Counted from the first letter of the stretch, positions 23,940 through 36,578 are shown. The stretch: 64,000 nt of DNA from Prorocentrum cordatum (GCA_963575745.1 CAUYUJ010000001.1:2728001-2792000), one strand, 5' to 3'. Program-made: numbers and translations. Notes: generated by a model not told the origin, from the letters alone.

Positions 23940-26147
23940 CCCAAAGCCGGTCGAGGCGTCGCCGTCAAAGCGCCGGTGCTTCGCAGAGTCCTCCTCGCCC
24001 TGGCCGCTGGTGTCCTCCTCGGGGCTCCGCGGCTCTTCCGCGCTGCGCTCGGGGCTCCTCCTCGGGCTCGGGGCTCCTCCTCGAGCTCCTCACCCTGGCC
24101 GTTGGTGCGCTGGTGTCCTCCTCGGGCTCCTCGGGCTGCTCCCCAAAGACCGACCCCCGAGCTTCAGATGCCCAAGGCCAGGAGCTCAGCGGCGCCGTGC
24201 CGCTTGACATAAGACATCCTGGGGCACGTTCTTCGAATCTTGGAGGACCCTAATGCCTAATGTGACCCAAGGTTTCTGTGGGTCATGGGGGCCATCGGGG
24301 GGTGGGTATGAAGTTCCAGTGGGGAACCTGCTTGCTGGCCGATGTCCTATTTGATGTGCCCACTGTAGAAGAGTAGCGCGTCGGTGTCGGCGAAGTGCGG
24401 CGTGTCCACGATGTACACGCCCGTGCAAATCTCGAGGGAGTCATCAGTCTGGTTCGTGCGCATGTTGGCGCGGCACCGGCGAGGCCTGGAAGCCTGCAAG
24501 GCTGGGAGGCGAACCACTGGGGGCACAGCTGGGAGAGCATTCGGTCAACACGCCGACGTCGTACGCGGTGCGGAGAATCTCGATGGGGGCCGCAGTGGTA
24601 CACGCCAGACTCACGTGGCACCAGCCATTGCCTCACCTCTCGCTTCTCGATGCAGCGGGGGCGGTGAAGCGTTCGGTGGACCATGCGCGTCGCGGCGGGC
24701 ATCGGTACGCCCAGCCATCCCGATCGGACTTGGCCAACTTCTTGCTGGTGCGAGCCATGAGGACGCCGTGCCGACGACCGAGACTTAAGTCGTGCGTGTC
24801 CCCCCACAGGGGGATCATCGATGAAAAATCTCAAACACCCTACAAGTGCTCCAAAATGGTCGGAAAAAAACCCACAAAATGGTCCCCCGGCGAATTCGTG
24901 ACTGTCTTCGAATATCAATCAGGGGGACGTAAGACCTGGGTACAGGGGACTCGGAAATCCCCGACGAGGTCGTCAAAAAAATGACGAGGCCGAGCCTGCA
25001 TTTTGACGAGGCCTCCCGCTGCAGACATCCCACGAAACTCCTCCTCGTCAAAATCCGAGGCGCGGTCGTCAAAAAACGATGGCGAACCCGAGTCCCGGCA
25101 AACCCGGGTCTTACGCTCCCCCGAATCAAGCCCGATTTACAGCGAGACGCGCAAAACAGCAGCCGCCCGGCGCGATGGAAATCTGGAGGGTCGGCGTGCG
25201 GCGCCCGGGGAGGTCCCGCTGCGGAGCTCCGGCAGGCAGCGGCGAGAGGTGCGCAGCGTCCGTCGCACGAGTGGGGCGCAGTGCTCCTGCTGCCACTAAG
25301 GGGAAAACAAACCTACCTCGCTTTTGACCACCCTCGCTTCCAAGAGATACCAAACGATGCCAAATTGCAGCCTGTACTGGTCAGGCTGCTTGACAAGGAG
25401 GCGCGTGGTATGGCTTGGTTTTGCCTGGAAGCGAAAGCGGGGTAGGTAATTCACGCTCCGAGCCACAGCCTCAGCACAGCGTGGCTCAGGACAGGAGGTG
25501 AGGAAAAGCAGGACGAGGGGGACGAAGGAGGGGGAGGACGAGACAAGGCAAGAACTGATGCGAGCCCGACTTCCTCAAGACTGCTCGGGAAGACAACTGG
25601 CTCCCAGACGCGTATGGATACGCCTACCAGCGGCTACCGCTGGAAGGACAACCCTCTCTGGCAAACAGCGGGACGGCTATTTGAGGACGCCGAGCCGCCC
25701 GCATTCGGCACCATACTTGCTGTGAAAGAGATGCGGGACAAGCTGAGCAGGGGGAAAGAGAGGAGGGAGACGTGTGCAAGGTCGAAATTTCAACTCACAT
25801 GCAATACGTAGCTTTCACCTGCCGTTGCAACTACACCTCTGGCAATAGCAGTGAACAGCCAGTGCCGCCGCAACGTTAATCAAGCCATTGGGCTCGGGGT
25901 GTAGAGGGCGGCTAGACGCCCTCTGAGTCGACTGCAGCAAGATCGTTTCAACATTGACCCCTGCTCGCTGAACATGCGAGCATTACTCCTGAAGCCCTGA
26001 CATCGAAAATATGTAGCACCCCGCAGATGCGGATAAGAGTGAGGGGGCGGTGAGGACGTCGGCAATTTGCGAGACTGTGGAGAAGACCGCCGGAGGCGCC
26101 AAAGTCTACACATTATATAACGAGCCCGCCGCAAACGCCGATCTTTT

Positions 26148-26163
26148 CACACACACACACACA

Positions 26164-26219
<56 letters not shown>
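26148..26219. repeat. (CA)n microsatellite, followed by (TA)n
   Basis: Directly visible. Confidence 0.95.
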
Positions 26220-26220
<1 letters not shown>

Positions 26221-26221
26221 C

Positions 26222-26252
<31 letters not shown>

Positions 26253-28455
26253 ACCGGGCGTCCAGGTCCCCGGGCCCAAGGGCAGCCCACTTTTCCAAAA
26301 CTCCCCCACCACCCCCGCACCCGACTTTAGTCCCCGGCGCCGGCGAGCCTATTTGAACGCTCCAGGGCGCTCCCTGCGCCTCGGGGGCCCCCCTTGGCGC
26401 CCGCAGAGGGCGCCCAGAGGCCGCCAAGACAACCCGAGAGCGCACCAAGCCGCCGAAGATGACCCCGTGATGGCCCAAGAGGCACCCAAGAGGCCCCAAG
26501 AGCGCTCCAAGAGAACCTCCAAGAAGGCCCCAGGAGGCCAACATTGCCGATGTTCATTGTGTTTTCCGATGTTTTTTTGCGGTTCGCGTTTTCGGGCTTC
26601 CGACACGCCAAGACTACGCAAGAAGCCTCCAACATCGTCCCAAGAGGGCCCAAGAGGCCCCCAAGATGCCCCCAAGAGGCCCCCAAGCCGGCCCAAGAGA
26701 GCCCCCAAACGGCCCGAGAGAGGCCCAAGACGGCCCAAGAGGGCTTCAGGACGACCCCGAGAGGGACCCAAGAGGGGAAATACGAACCGGCATGTCGAGC
26801 TTTCCGCCCCAAGAGGCCCCTATACCGGGCGTCCAGGTCCCCGGGCCCAGGGGCAGCCCACTTTTCCAAAACTCCCCCACCCCCCCCGCACCCGACTTTA
26901 GTCCCCGGCGCTGGCGAGCCTATTTGAACGCTCCAGGGCGCTCCCTGCGCCTCGGGGGCCCCCCTTGGCGCCCGCAGAGGGCGCCCAGAGGCCGCCAAGA
27001 CAACCCGAGAGCGCACCAAGCCGCCGAAGATGGCCCCGTGATGGCCCAAGAGGCACCCAAGAGGCCCCAAGAGCGCTCCAAGAGAACCTCCAAGAAGGCC
27101 CCAGGAGGCCAACATTGCCGATGTTCATTGTGTTTTCCGATGTTTTTTTGCTGTTCGCGTTTTCGGGCTTCCGACACGCCAAGACTACGCAAGAAGCCCC
27201 CAACATCGTCCCAAGAGGGCCCAAGAGGCCCCCAAGATGCCCCCAAGAGGCCCCCAAGCCGGCCCAAGAGAGCCCCCAAACGGCCCGAGAGAGGCCCAAG
27301 ACGGCCCAAGAGGGCTTCAGGACGACCCCGAGAGGGACCTGGGACCCAAGAGGGGAAATACGAACCGGCATGTCGAGCTTTCCGCCCCAAGAGGCCCCCC
27401 AGGAGGCTCCAAGAGGCCCCCGAGAGGCCCAAAAGAGGTCCCCAAAAGGCCCAAAAGATGTTCCAACACGGCCCCCCCGGAGGCTTCAAAACGGCTTCTG
27501 ACACATAACCCACCGCCCAAGACAGCCCCAACACACATGAGAAGGACCGCGAGAGGCCTCCAGGAGGCCTACTATGTCAGAGGCCTCCAGGAGGCCTACT
27601 ATCGCAGATTTTTCGTTCTAACCCACCCAAGATGGCCTCCGGATGGCCCGCACTCCCAAAAGGGCCCGAAGAAACCAACAGCATTGATTTTCCTCTGGTT
27701 TTTGGTGCATTTTAGCGTTTCATCCTTTTGGCACCCCGACGCTGCAAGACGGCCCAAGAGGCCCCCAAGACCGCTCCACGATAGCCGAAGAGGTCTCCAA
27801 GAGGGACCCAAGACGGCCCACGAGGCCCCAAGACGGTGTTTGAGACGCCCAAGACGGTCCCCAGAGAGACCCAAGAATGGGAACGCGAACCCAACAGCAG
27901 ATTTTTCCGCCCTAAGAGGCCCAGAGAAGGCCCCAAGAGTCCCCAAGTGGTCCGACGGGGCCCCCCATAAGCTTCCCAAGTGGCCCAAACAGACCCCAAG
28001 GAGACGCACAAGCGGCCCCAAGATTGCCCAACAGTGCCCTCGATGCATCAAAACTGTCTGCAGGAGGCCCCCGGGAGGCTTCCGGATTGCCTCAGTGTGG
28101 CCCCAGGCGCCCTCAAGTCGGGCCTCAACGCAGCCAAGACGGCCAATGACGGCTTCAGATTGTAGAACATCACCTTCCGACTGCTCGGAGAACCCCGACG
28201 ATGCTCCCAAGGGACCCCAAGAAGCCCCAAGACGCCCCCCCAAAAAGCACCCAAGAGGTGCCTCCAACAGCAAATTGAGGAAGCACGGAGAACCCCCCAG
28301 AAGCCCTTCAGATGCCCCCACGAAGACCCAAGAGGCCCTCAGGAGGCACGATTATGTCACGCGCCTGTGCTTGATAGCGCTGCCCAAGATCTTTCAGCGC
28401 CCCCCCGGCCTGGGCTAGAACTTGAGCGCGCGCGAAGCGCGCGCGATGGTTCTAG
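26220..28455 (+). mobile_element. Candidate non-autonomous Helitron-like element built from CCCAAGAG-rich repeats, with a 571-bp tandem duplication
   Basis: 5' A|TCTATATATA. 3' hairpin GCGCGCGC-GAA-GCGCGCGC (28426-28444), then 7 nt, then CTAG|T (28452-28456). The duplicated unit starts at 26250 and 26821. Confidence 0.5.
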
Positions 28456-28467
28456 TTAAACCAATGT

Positions 28468-28800
28468 GGGTAGGTCGCGGGTGGGTCGCAAATGGGTCGC
28501 GGGTGGGTCGCGGGTGGGTCGTGGGTGGCTCGCTGTTGGGTCGCGGGTGGGTCGCGGGTGGGTCGCGGGTGGGTCGCGGGGTGGGTCGCGGGTGGGTCGC
28601 GGTTGGGTCGCGGTTGGGTCGCGGGTGGGTCGCGGATGGGTCACAGGTGGGTAGTGGGGTGGGTCCCGGGTGGGTCCCAGGTAGGTCGCGGGTGGGTCGC
28701 GGGTTGGGTCGCGGATGGGTCGCGGGTGGGTCGCGGGTAGGTCGAGAGGTGGGTCGCGGGGTGGGTCGCGGGGTGGGTCGCGGGGTGGGTCGCGGGAGGG
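28468..28800. repeat. 11-bp minisatellite (GGGTCGCGGGT)n
   Basis: Directly visible, roughly 25-30 degenerate copies. Confidence 0.9.
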
Positions 28801-28804
28801 TCGA

Positions 28805-29355
28805 CGACAACAAACAACAAACAACAAACAACAAACAACAAACAACAAACAACAAACACAACAACAACACCAACAACAACAACAGCAACAACAACAATAA
28901 CAACAACAACAACAAAAACAACAACAACAACAACACAAACAAAAACAAACACAACAAATTCAAAAACAACAACAACAACACCAACAACAACAACAACAAC
29001 AACAACAACATCAACAACACCAACAACAACAACACCAACACCAACACCAACACCACCAACAACACCAACATCAACAACAGCAGCAACATCAACAACAACA
29101 TCAACAGCAACACCACCAACAACAACAACAGTAACAGCAACAGCAACAACAACAACAACAACATCTACAACACCAACAACAACACCACCAACATCACCAA
29201 CAAAAACAACCACAACAACACCACCACCAACAACACCAACACCAACAATCAGAATAACAACAACCGCAACAACAACGACAACAACAGCAACAACAGCAAC
29301 AACAGCAACAGCACCAACAACAACACCAACGATACCACCAACAACAACGCAACAA
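28805..29355. repeat. (AAC)n microsatellite
   Basis: Directly visible. Confidence 0.95.
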
Positions 29356-30200
29356 TGATAATCCTCACCACGGATCCCGTCACCCATGCACCCAGGGACA
29401 ATGAATGGCCGTTCGGCCCCCTCCCTCTGACAACTGCAGGATTGGCATCATCATTCTCATAAATTCAGAAAGTACGATGCTGATTTGAACAATGAAAGAT
29501 AGGGTCAGGAAAACGATGCTGCAATCTGAAGATCGCAGTGCCTGACAAACGACCCTCACGGATCATCTCAATCATGCGCCCTGAGCTGCTGACTGCCGCC
29601 AAAGGGAGCGGCGAAAGATTCAGAACTCGTCGCCCGAGATGCCGATTCTGTCGGCACCCCTCTGCTGCTGCGTCCTGCTGCCCTGGGGACCCATTCTTCT
29701 TCTTTGTTTGGAAGGAGGGAGCGGACCATTGCAGATGCCGAGCGCGGCCGGGCGAAAGGTGAAGCCACGGACTAAGCCTCACTGGGCACACGCCGTAACG
29801 GTCTGGACGGCCAGCGAGTGCCAAAGAAGTGAAACACACAATCTCAATTCGTCTTGCCGATTATTCATCGTCTTCGCGTGAAGTCTCGACGCTGCTTCAC
29901 GGCGGCGCCAAAGCCTCATGATTTCGCTCTTGCATTGCCCATTATCCGAGAGAGGGGGCCAGCGGCTGGGGGCGAAGCCCTTATGGATAAGATGGGTTCG
30001 GCTGCCTGCGCCTCCTCCGCCGCCGCCGCCTCCTCCTCCTGCTCTTCCTCCTCCTCCCCCAAGCGTGACAGAGGCACATCAGATGCGCGCGTTCCTCCTC
30101 CTCCTCCTCCTCCTCCTGCTCCTCCTCCTCCTCCTCCTCCTCCTTCTCCTCCTCCTCCTCCTCCTCCTCCTCCTCCTCCTCCTCCTCCTCCTCTTGCTCC

Positions 30201-30748
30201 ACAATTACTTAATATGAATACTACTCTCCCTCTTCCCCTGATGACGGTTTGAAAGTGTCCGACCCCCCCCCCGCGTACTGTTTTTTTCACAGAGGTTTCC
30301 CCGGAAAGGTTTTTCGCCCGCATTTGTTTTCAAAATTCTGCTCTCGCTGAGGCGCCGGCCTCATTTTCGGGCCCCGCTCGTTCCGAATCGTGCTCCCGCT
30401 GCAGCGCTGGCCTCATTTCCGTGCTTCCGCTCGTTCCGAATCGTGCTCCCGCTGCAGCGCTGGCCTCATTTCCGCGCTTTCGCTCATTTCGACTCGTGCT
30501 CCCGCTGCAGCGCTGGCGTCATTTCCCGTGCCATGCCACGGCATGCAATGCAATGCTAGGTTGATACTACGTTTTGCGGTGCTCTTCTACGCCATGCCAT
30601 GCCGTGCTCTACAATGCATGACGTACCCTTCCGGGATCATTGCCCTGCTCGACATCCGACTGTGCGAGTAGAGAGGGGATCTGCGCCACGGCAAGGGATG
30701 GGAGGGAGGGGTAGGATGCCAGATATGACGCGAGCGCACCTAGCTTGT
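30201..30748 (+). repeat. Dispersed repeat, copy 2 of 567-1305
   Basis: Same start and end sequences and the same internal subrepeats as 567-1305. Confidence 0.85.
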
Positions 30749-31037
30749 CCCCCTCCCCCTCCCCCTCCCCCTCCTCTTCCTCCTCCCCTTCCTCCTCCTC
30801 TTCCTCCTCTTCCTCCTCCCCTTCCTCCCCCTCCTCTTCCTCCTCTTCCTCCTCCCCCTCCCCCCCCCCTCAAAATGGTCCCTCGGGGTCCGCAGCGGGA
30901 CGCGCCCCGGCGCACGAGCCGCTCCGCCTCGCGCTCCCACGAGGCCGCACGGCGGCCCTCTCGCCCGGTGCTCTCCGCCCTCGGGCTCCGCCGCCCGGCA
31001 GGGCGACGGGCGGGGGGGCCAGAGCCTCTGCTGCTTC

Positions 31038-31232
31038 TCGGGTCGGGCGAAAGGGGGGGATAGCAAAGGGGGGGTTTGAGAATCAGCTCACGTAGCTGAT
31101 TTTCCCGGCGCCTCCCGGCGCCGGAGGCGGCTATGTATCGAGGAATGGGCCCCTCGGTGAGGCCGAAACCAGCTGCATGCAGCAAATTTCGTAACCCCCC
31201 CTTTCCCAATCCCCCCCTTTCGCCCGACCCGA
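31038..31232. mobile_element. MITE family A, copy 1 (195 bp), 5-bp TSD GCTTC
   Basis: TIR TCGGGTCGGGCGAAAGGGGGG / CCCCCCTTTCGCCCGACCCGA. GCTTC at 31033-31037 and 31233-31237. Confidence 0.92.
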
Positions 31233-31608
31233 GCTTCGCAGGGCCGACTACGCTGGGGGCATTGGATAAGGAACCCTTAGATAAGGACTCCAGGGTCTGG
31301 AGGCCGGAGGAGCTCCAATCGAAGCTTGACCATGGATATCACCGCCGCCCTCCAGGGTCCAGAGCCTCTTGGGCACATTCCTCAACGAACGCCCCCACCG
31401 TACGGATTTGGACTGGCAGTTCGGGCTCATCACGAGCTCCACTCTAGGTTTCTTGGTAAGCGCGGGGCGGTAGCCCTCCGACGGGAGTCAACCTCGCCTC
31501 GCCGTCGCACGGCGACGAAGGTCGGAGCGCCTTCGGCGCGCGGTGGCTGCCCGCGACGGAGGTCAATGTGGGGCTGTCGGCGGGGGTGACGTCCCCCCCC
31601 GACCCTTA

Positions 31609-31810
31609 TTAAGAAACTCGGAGTAGCTTGTAGCGGGTCGGCTTCCAGCTTTTCTTGCGGTCGCACCAGCTCACACGGGTCCTCAAGTGGCGGATCTGCT
31701 CTTGAAGGTGGGCCATCGCCTCTCCCTTGCTAATGTTGACAACCATCTGCCAATACAGGTTCAGCACCTTGAACGCTTCTGGATCAATAGGCTTCTGCGT
31801 GGTGAAGTGC
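31609..31810 (-). other. Possible terminal exon (HFTTQKPIDPEAFKVLNLYWQMVVNISKGEAMAHLQEQIRHLRTRVSWCDRKKSWKPTRYKLLRVS*)
   Basis: Preceded by a pyrimidine tract and CAG acceptor on the minus strand. Protein-like composition, no recognised family. Confidence 0.3.
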
Positions 31811-32819
31811 TGGGGGACGAGGAAAAGGAGGGGGCACGGTAAGGCGAGAAAGAGAAGGACCATAAGGAAGAACGATTCAATAATAGGAGGAGGGGGTAAC
31901 CCGTAGAAGTCTTTAGAACCCCCCACGAGCAGGAACAGCATGTGTTCAGTGACCTTATTGGCGGATTGGGGTCCCACCAAGAGCGGAACATATTTTTCTA
32001 ATCGGCACCCGCCACACGACAACGACGACGACGAGATGAAGGAGGAGATTGTGAGCAACGCCTTCGGCGAAGAATGTGTCGATCTATACTGCGGACCTCT
32101 TACAAACGTGATCAAAATTCCTCTGTCGTGCAGGGCACCCAGGGAACATATTCCCTGGGAGAAAAAAGCCCCCCCGAACATTATCCAGCCCGCCCAAGAA
32201 TAGAGGGAAAATAATCTCCGCCGCGGCGACGACGATGATTACAGCTACGACTACGATTACGACTACGGCTACAATCACGACTACACATACGACTACAATG
32301 ACGACTACAATCACGATTACAATCAAGATTCCAACCACGACTACAACCACAACCACCGATTCCTATTACGATCCTCGTGACAGGCGTAGGACGAGTAGGA
32401 TAATAATGGGGTGGACGAGGCGGGTGGACGATGACAGGAGGAATAAGGTGATAAGGAATGCGTGATGCAGGAGACGGCAGGAGGACGAGTAGGGGGAGGT
32501 GGAGGGAGGATTCGGCCGAAAGTCGGCTCGGTTCGGCTCCACAACGCGGCGAAATTAAATTCCGACAGTGCCCTGATATTATTGTGAGATCTCGCGGGTA
32601 CCGTATCATATGCTATTATTCATCGCCTCCCCGTGCAGGACGCTTCACAGCCGAGGTGGATGACGAAGCGTATCCGGAGGTGACTGAGGACGCTCATGTG
32701 AGAACCATAGATACATGCCCTTGTTGCACGCCGTCTCCTATGCGCTATGGGCGCCGAGATTTTCAACTGCGCAGCCTAAATGAGGGCTGGAAACCTATGA
32801 ATCCAGCCAGGGCCCGGGC

Positions 32820-33770
32820 GAGGAGGAGGAGGAGGAGGAGGAGGAGGACGAGGACGAGGAGGAGGAGGAGGAGGAGGAGGAGGAGGAGGAGGCGGAGGAG
32901 GAGGAGGAGAGGAGGAGGAGGAGGAGGAGGAGGATGAGGAGGAGGAGGTAGGAGGGAGGAGGAGGAGGAGGAGGAGGAGGAGGGAGGAGAGGAGGAGGAG
33001 GGAGGGAGGAGGATAGGAGGGAGGAGGTAGGAGGAGGGGAGGTAGGAGGAGGGAGGTAGGAGGAGGAGGAGGAGGAGGAGGAGGGAGGGGAAGAGATCTG
33101 GGGACGCCGCACGAGGAGAAACGAGGAGGGACCACGGGGAGGAGGACGGGGGACGACGGCAAAACGCCGACCGCCGCCGACGGCGACGGCGACCGTCGAA
33201 AAAGCGGCGACGACGAGGGCGACAGCGTCTCGTGGACGGCGGCGTCCTCCAAGTCCGACAGCTCGGTCGCGAGGGCCTGCCGGCCTCCTCCTCCTCCTCC
33301 TCCTCCTCCTCCTCCTCCTCCTCCTCCTCCTCCTCCTCCTCCTCCTCCTCCTCCTCCGGGCGCTGGGGGGCGTTCCCACTCCCAGGAGCCTGCTCCCCGC
33401 CCCCCGCCGATCATCCACCCTCTCTCCGTCGTCCTATTATGCGGCCTCGCTCCTCCATGTGCTGACATCCCCTTCGTCGGCCTCCTCCTTCCCTCCATCG
33501 CCCCCTTCGTGTCCCTGCCCCCTCTTCTTGTTCCTCCTCCTCCTCCTCCTCCTCCTCCTTCTCCACCTCCTCCTCCTCGTCCTCCTCCTCCTCCTCCTCC
33601 GCCTCCTCGTCCTCCTTCTCCTCATCCCCCCCCTCGTCCTCCCATTCCTCCTCCTCTTCTTCTTCCTCCTCCTTCTCCTCTTCCTCCTCCTCCTCCTCTT
33701 GATCGTCCTCCTGATCGTCCTCCTGATCCTCCTCCTCCTCCTCCTTCTCCTCCTCCTCCAGTCGAGCGTT
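32820..33770. repeat. (GGA)n and (CCT)n tracts in opposite orientation
   Basis: Directly visible at 32820-33090, 33283-33357 and 33530-33770. Confidence 0.9.
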
Positions 33771-34181
33771 CGCTAAAATGGAGTACGTAGGTATCCGAGA
33801 ATCTGGCGCATGGGCGCCAGCTCCACAGATCGCGGACCCCCCCCACCAATCCGCGCGGCCAATGCCACCTCATTTGGCGACGCATCGCGCCGATTCCGTA
33901 TGCAACGGGGCCCGACGCCAATCCACACGTCTTCATACATGCGTTCGCCCCCTCGGTCGCGGCCCCCCAGCTCTGGCCCCCTCTTCTTCTTCTTCCCCCT
34001 CCTCGGCATGTCATCCTGCTCCTGGTTCCTGGTTCCTGGTGGCACGTGGCCCCCTCGGGCGTTGCCTCCCCCCCGCAGGGTCGGTCGGCCCTGGGGGGCT
34101 GATCAAACAAGAACCAAACAACCCCTGGAGCACCGCTCCAAAGGCTGCCGGCTGGTAAATACGGAGCGACAGACAGTAGTA

Positions 34182-34376
34182 TCGGGTCGGGCGAAAGGGG
34201 GGGATAGCAAAGGGGGGGGTTGAGAATCAGCTCACGTAGCTGATTTTCCCGGCGCCTCCCGGCGCCGGAGGCGGCCATGTATCGAGGAATGGGCCCCTCG
34301 GTGAGGCCGAAACCAGCTGCATGCAGCAAATTCCGTAACCCCCCCTTTCCCAATCCCCCCCTTTCGCCCGGCCCGA
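34182..34376. mobile_element. MITE family A, copy 2 (195 bp), 5-bp TSD TAGTA
   Basis: Near-identical to 31038-31232. TAGTA at 34177-34181 and 34377-34381. Confidence 0.92.
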
Positions 34377-35240
34377 TAGTAGGAGGGAGGGCTGGGGAAT
34401 GGAAGCGGCCGCGGCGGTACAGGTGGCGGCGCAGAAGAGGTGCAGTGCCCAGAGTGGCGGTGGAGGCCCGCGGTCACCACGACCAGAGTGGCAAGGCACG
34501 AGGGCCTCTCCCTCTGCGCAAAGGAACCCTCCACAGGAGTCCCCGAAGTCAGAAACAGGATCCCCCGCCTGCAAGCAGGCGTAGGGCTCCCAGCGCATTG
34601 ACCTCGGGGGCGCCTGGGGGGCTCCACCGAGCTCGATGGAGGCGTACGCCTTCCAGGCGGTGGTGGGGTTGGCCACTCTCGCCACAGTGGCCTGCCACAC
34701 TCGCCCAGGTGGACGGCACAAGGCTTCTCTAGGACCCCCCCCGAGGCGCCCACCATCCCCGCGACCGGTGCCCTCCCTTGATGAGCAGGGGCAGGGTACC
34801 CAGACCGCGGGGGTGGTGGCCGCCGGAGGCGTTTCCACCGTGCGTGGGGGAGGTTTCTGCCTTCCGTGCCGGAGGAGCGGTGCTGGTAGTGTATCCCCCC
34901 CCCCCCCGATGTCACGCCCAATGCCCACCCACCTGCCTTATTTCGAGCAGTCAGCCGGTTGTCGCGACTGCTCCGGCGCAGAGATCGGGGGTTGCGAACA
35001 GTGCCTCCTGGCCTTGGGAGCCCCATCTGGGCCGCGTGGGGGGTGCTCTTGGGGCAATAACCTCCCAGCAAATCCTGGGGACACCATGGGCCCTGGGACA
35101 CCGTCGGCAGCCTGAGAAAGAGCAGAGGAGTGTGGGATGATAATGGGAATCTCCCAGATGGGGTCGTATTAGATGGGGTCGCAGGATCGCGCTGAATCGC
35201 GGATGCGCCGGCAAAGTCCAGATGTTGAAGCCAGGCTCCA

Positions 35241-35282
35241 GATGGCGCCGCATCGCCGATGCATCGGCGATGTGGCGCCATC
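35241..35282. repeat. 42-bp near-perfect palindrome with no spacer
   Basis: GATGGCGCCGCATCGCCGATG|CATCGGCGATGTGGCGCCATC, 20/21 paired. Confidence 0.9.
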
Positions 35283-36578
35283 CTCCGACCCAAATCACGA
35301 TGGCCCTTTCAAAACGGCCTGTAGATCGGGCGCAGGGGAAGTAGGGCACTGGGCGAAGTATACACGACATCGTCTGGTCGGCCATTAGGTCGGTGCACAA
35401 TGATACGACTGGCGCTACCACTTATGCTATTCCTGATGAACTCTCCTGTCCGACAAGCAGCCGCCGGCTGGATTGACTTGGTCCACTTGGCTGGAAGAGA
35501 GGCCAACGTATGGGCACAGGCGCTGCGCTGACCGTGCTGCGAGGTCATCCGATCCATAATATCGAAGCAAAACACCTCGCTGCGAGGCACTTTCTTGCAA
35601 CGGAAGCTCAACGCATCGAGGGCAACGTTTGTTGCTTGGGTTCGTAACACGCTGGACGCGACACCGAGCAGCAGCACCAATGCACGGGCAGACGAAGACA
35701 TAACGAATTCGCGAAGAGGGCTCCTATACGCCTCCCCACTGCGTCCTCGCTGCGATTTCTTCAAGCCAGGGCGAACGCCTTTGCGGGCCACGATGGGGGG
35801 CCGCGATGGGAGGATCGGGACGGGGATAGAGATATAGGACTGGGGATAGGGGTACTGCGTAGGGATCAAGCGGACCGAGATATATGCAGAGGGATAGGGA
35901 TAAGGATGAGGACGACCATGGGAGGCCACGGGAAGCAATAGGAGGCCACAGGAGACAACTGGAGGCAAAAACCACGGGAAAGAACACCACCGGACCGATT
36001 CTGGATCTGGTCGCGCACCTGCTCGTTCCTTGAAGATATATGCATACATATCTCTACATGTATATGTAAACATATATACATAATTTCGCATATGTGTATG
36101 CACATGGTGGCGTCTTCAAGCTGGAACGACAATGCTGGTGTGGGCAAACGAATATCCTGCCAGCGCAACAGTGTTGTAAGTTCAGCCGCCCATTCAAGAG
36201 GAGAAAACCATGGAGATAGCTGCGCCCTCTCAACAAAAATACTAACCATGGAGACATACCATGTGAAGTCGCGCCACTCAGTCACGAAGAGTGAGCCATA
36301 ACCACCAAATATGGAAATCAACTGCAATGATCGTTATTTTAAGCATTATGAAGTTATGACGGGTATGAAGGTGCATGGGTATCGCGACTGAGATACAAGA
36401 TCCCTAGTATAACATTTCTCCACATCGTCGCGCAAACTCTGAAGTGTTATGGTTTGGACTTGTAATACTATGACACGTGTTTTTGGTCCCAATGGGTTTG
36501 GGCGGCACGCCGCAACCATATGCGACCGGGGTCTCATGTTCTAAGCGACCTAACTCGAAAGAAAGCGAGTTGCCACAA

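Noticed and set aside
24200..24770. Possible transposase Zn-ribbon fragment (DGWAYRCP), minus strand
   Set aside because: A single short motif among stops and frameshifts; not supportable.
26050..28418. Overlapping ORFs up to 393 aa (PKRPQE.. / LGASWG..)
   Set aside because: They are products of the CCCAAGAG repeat and are open in several frames on both strands. The same applies to 39825-42701.
28415..29462. Poly-N/V/L ORFs
   Set aside because: Translations of the (AAC)n and 11-bp minisatellites.
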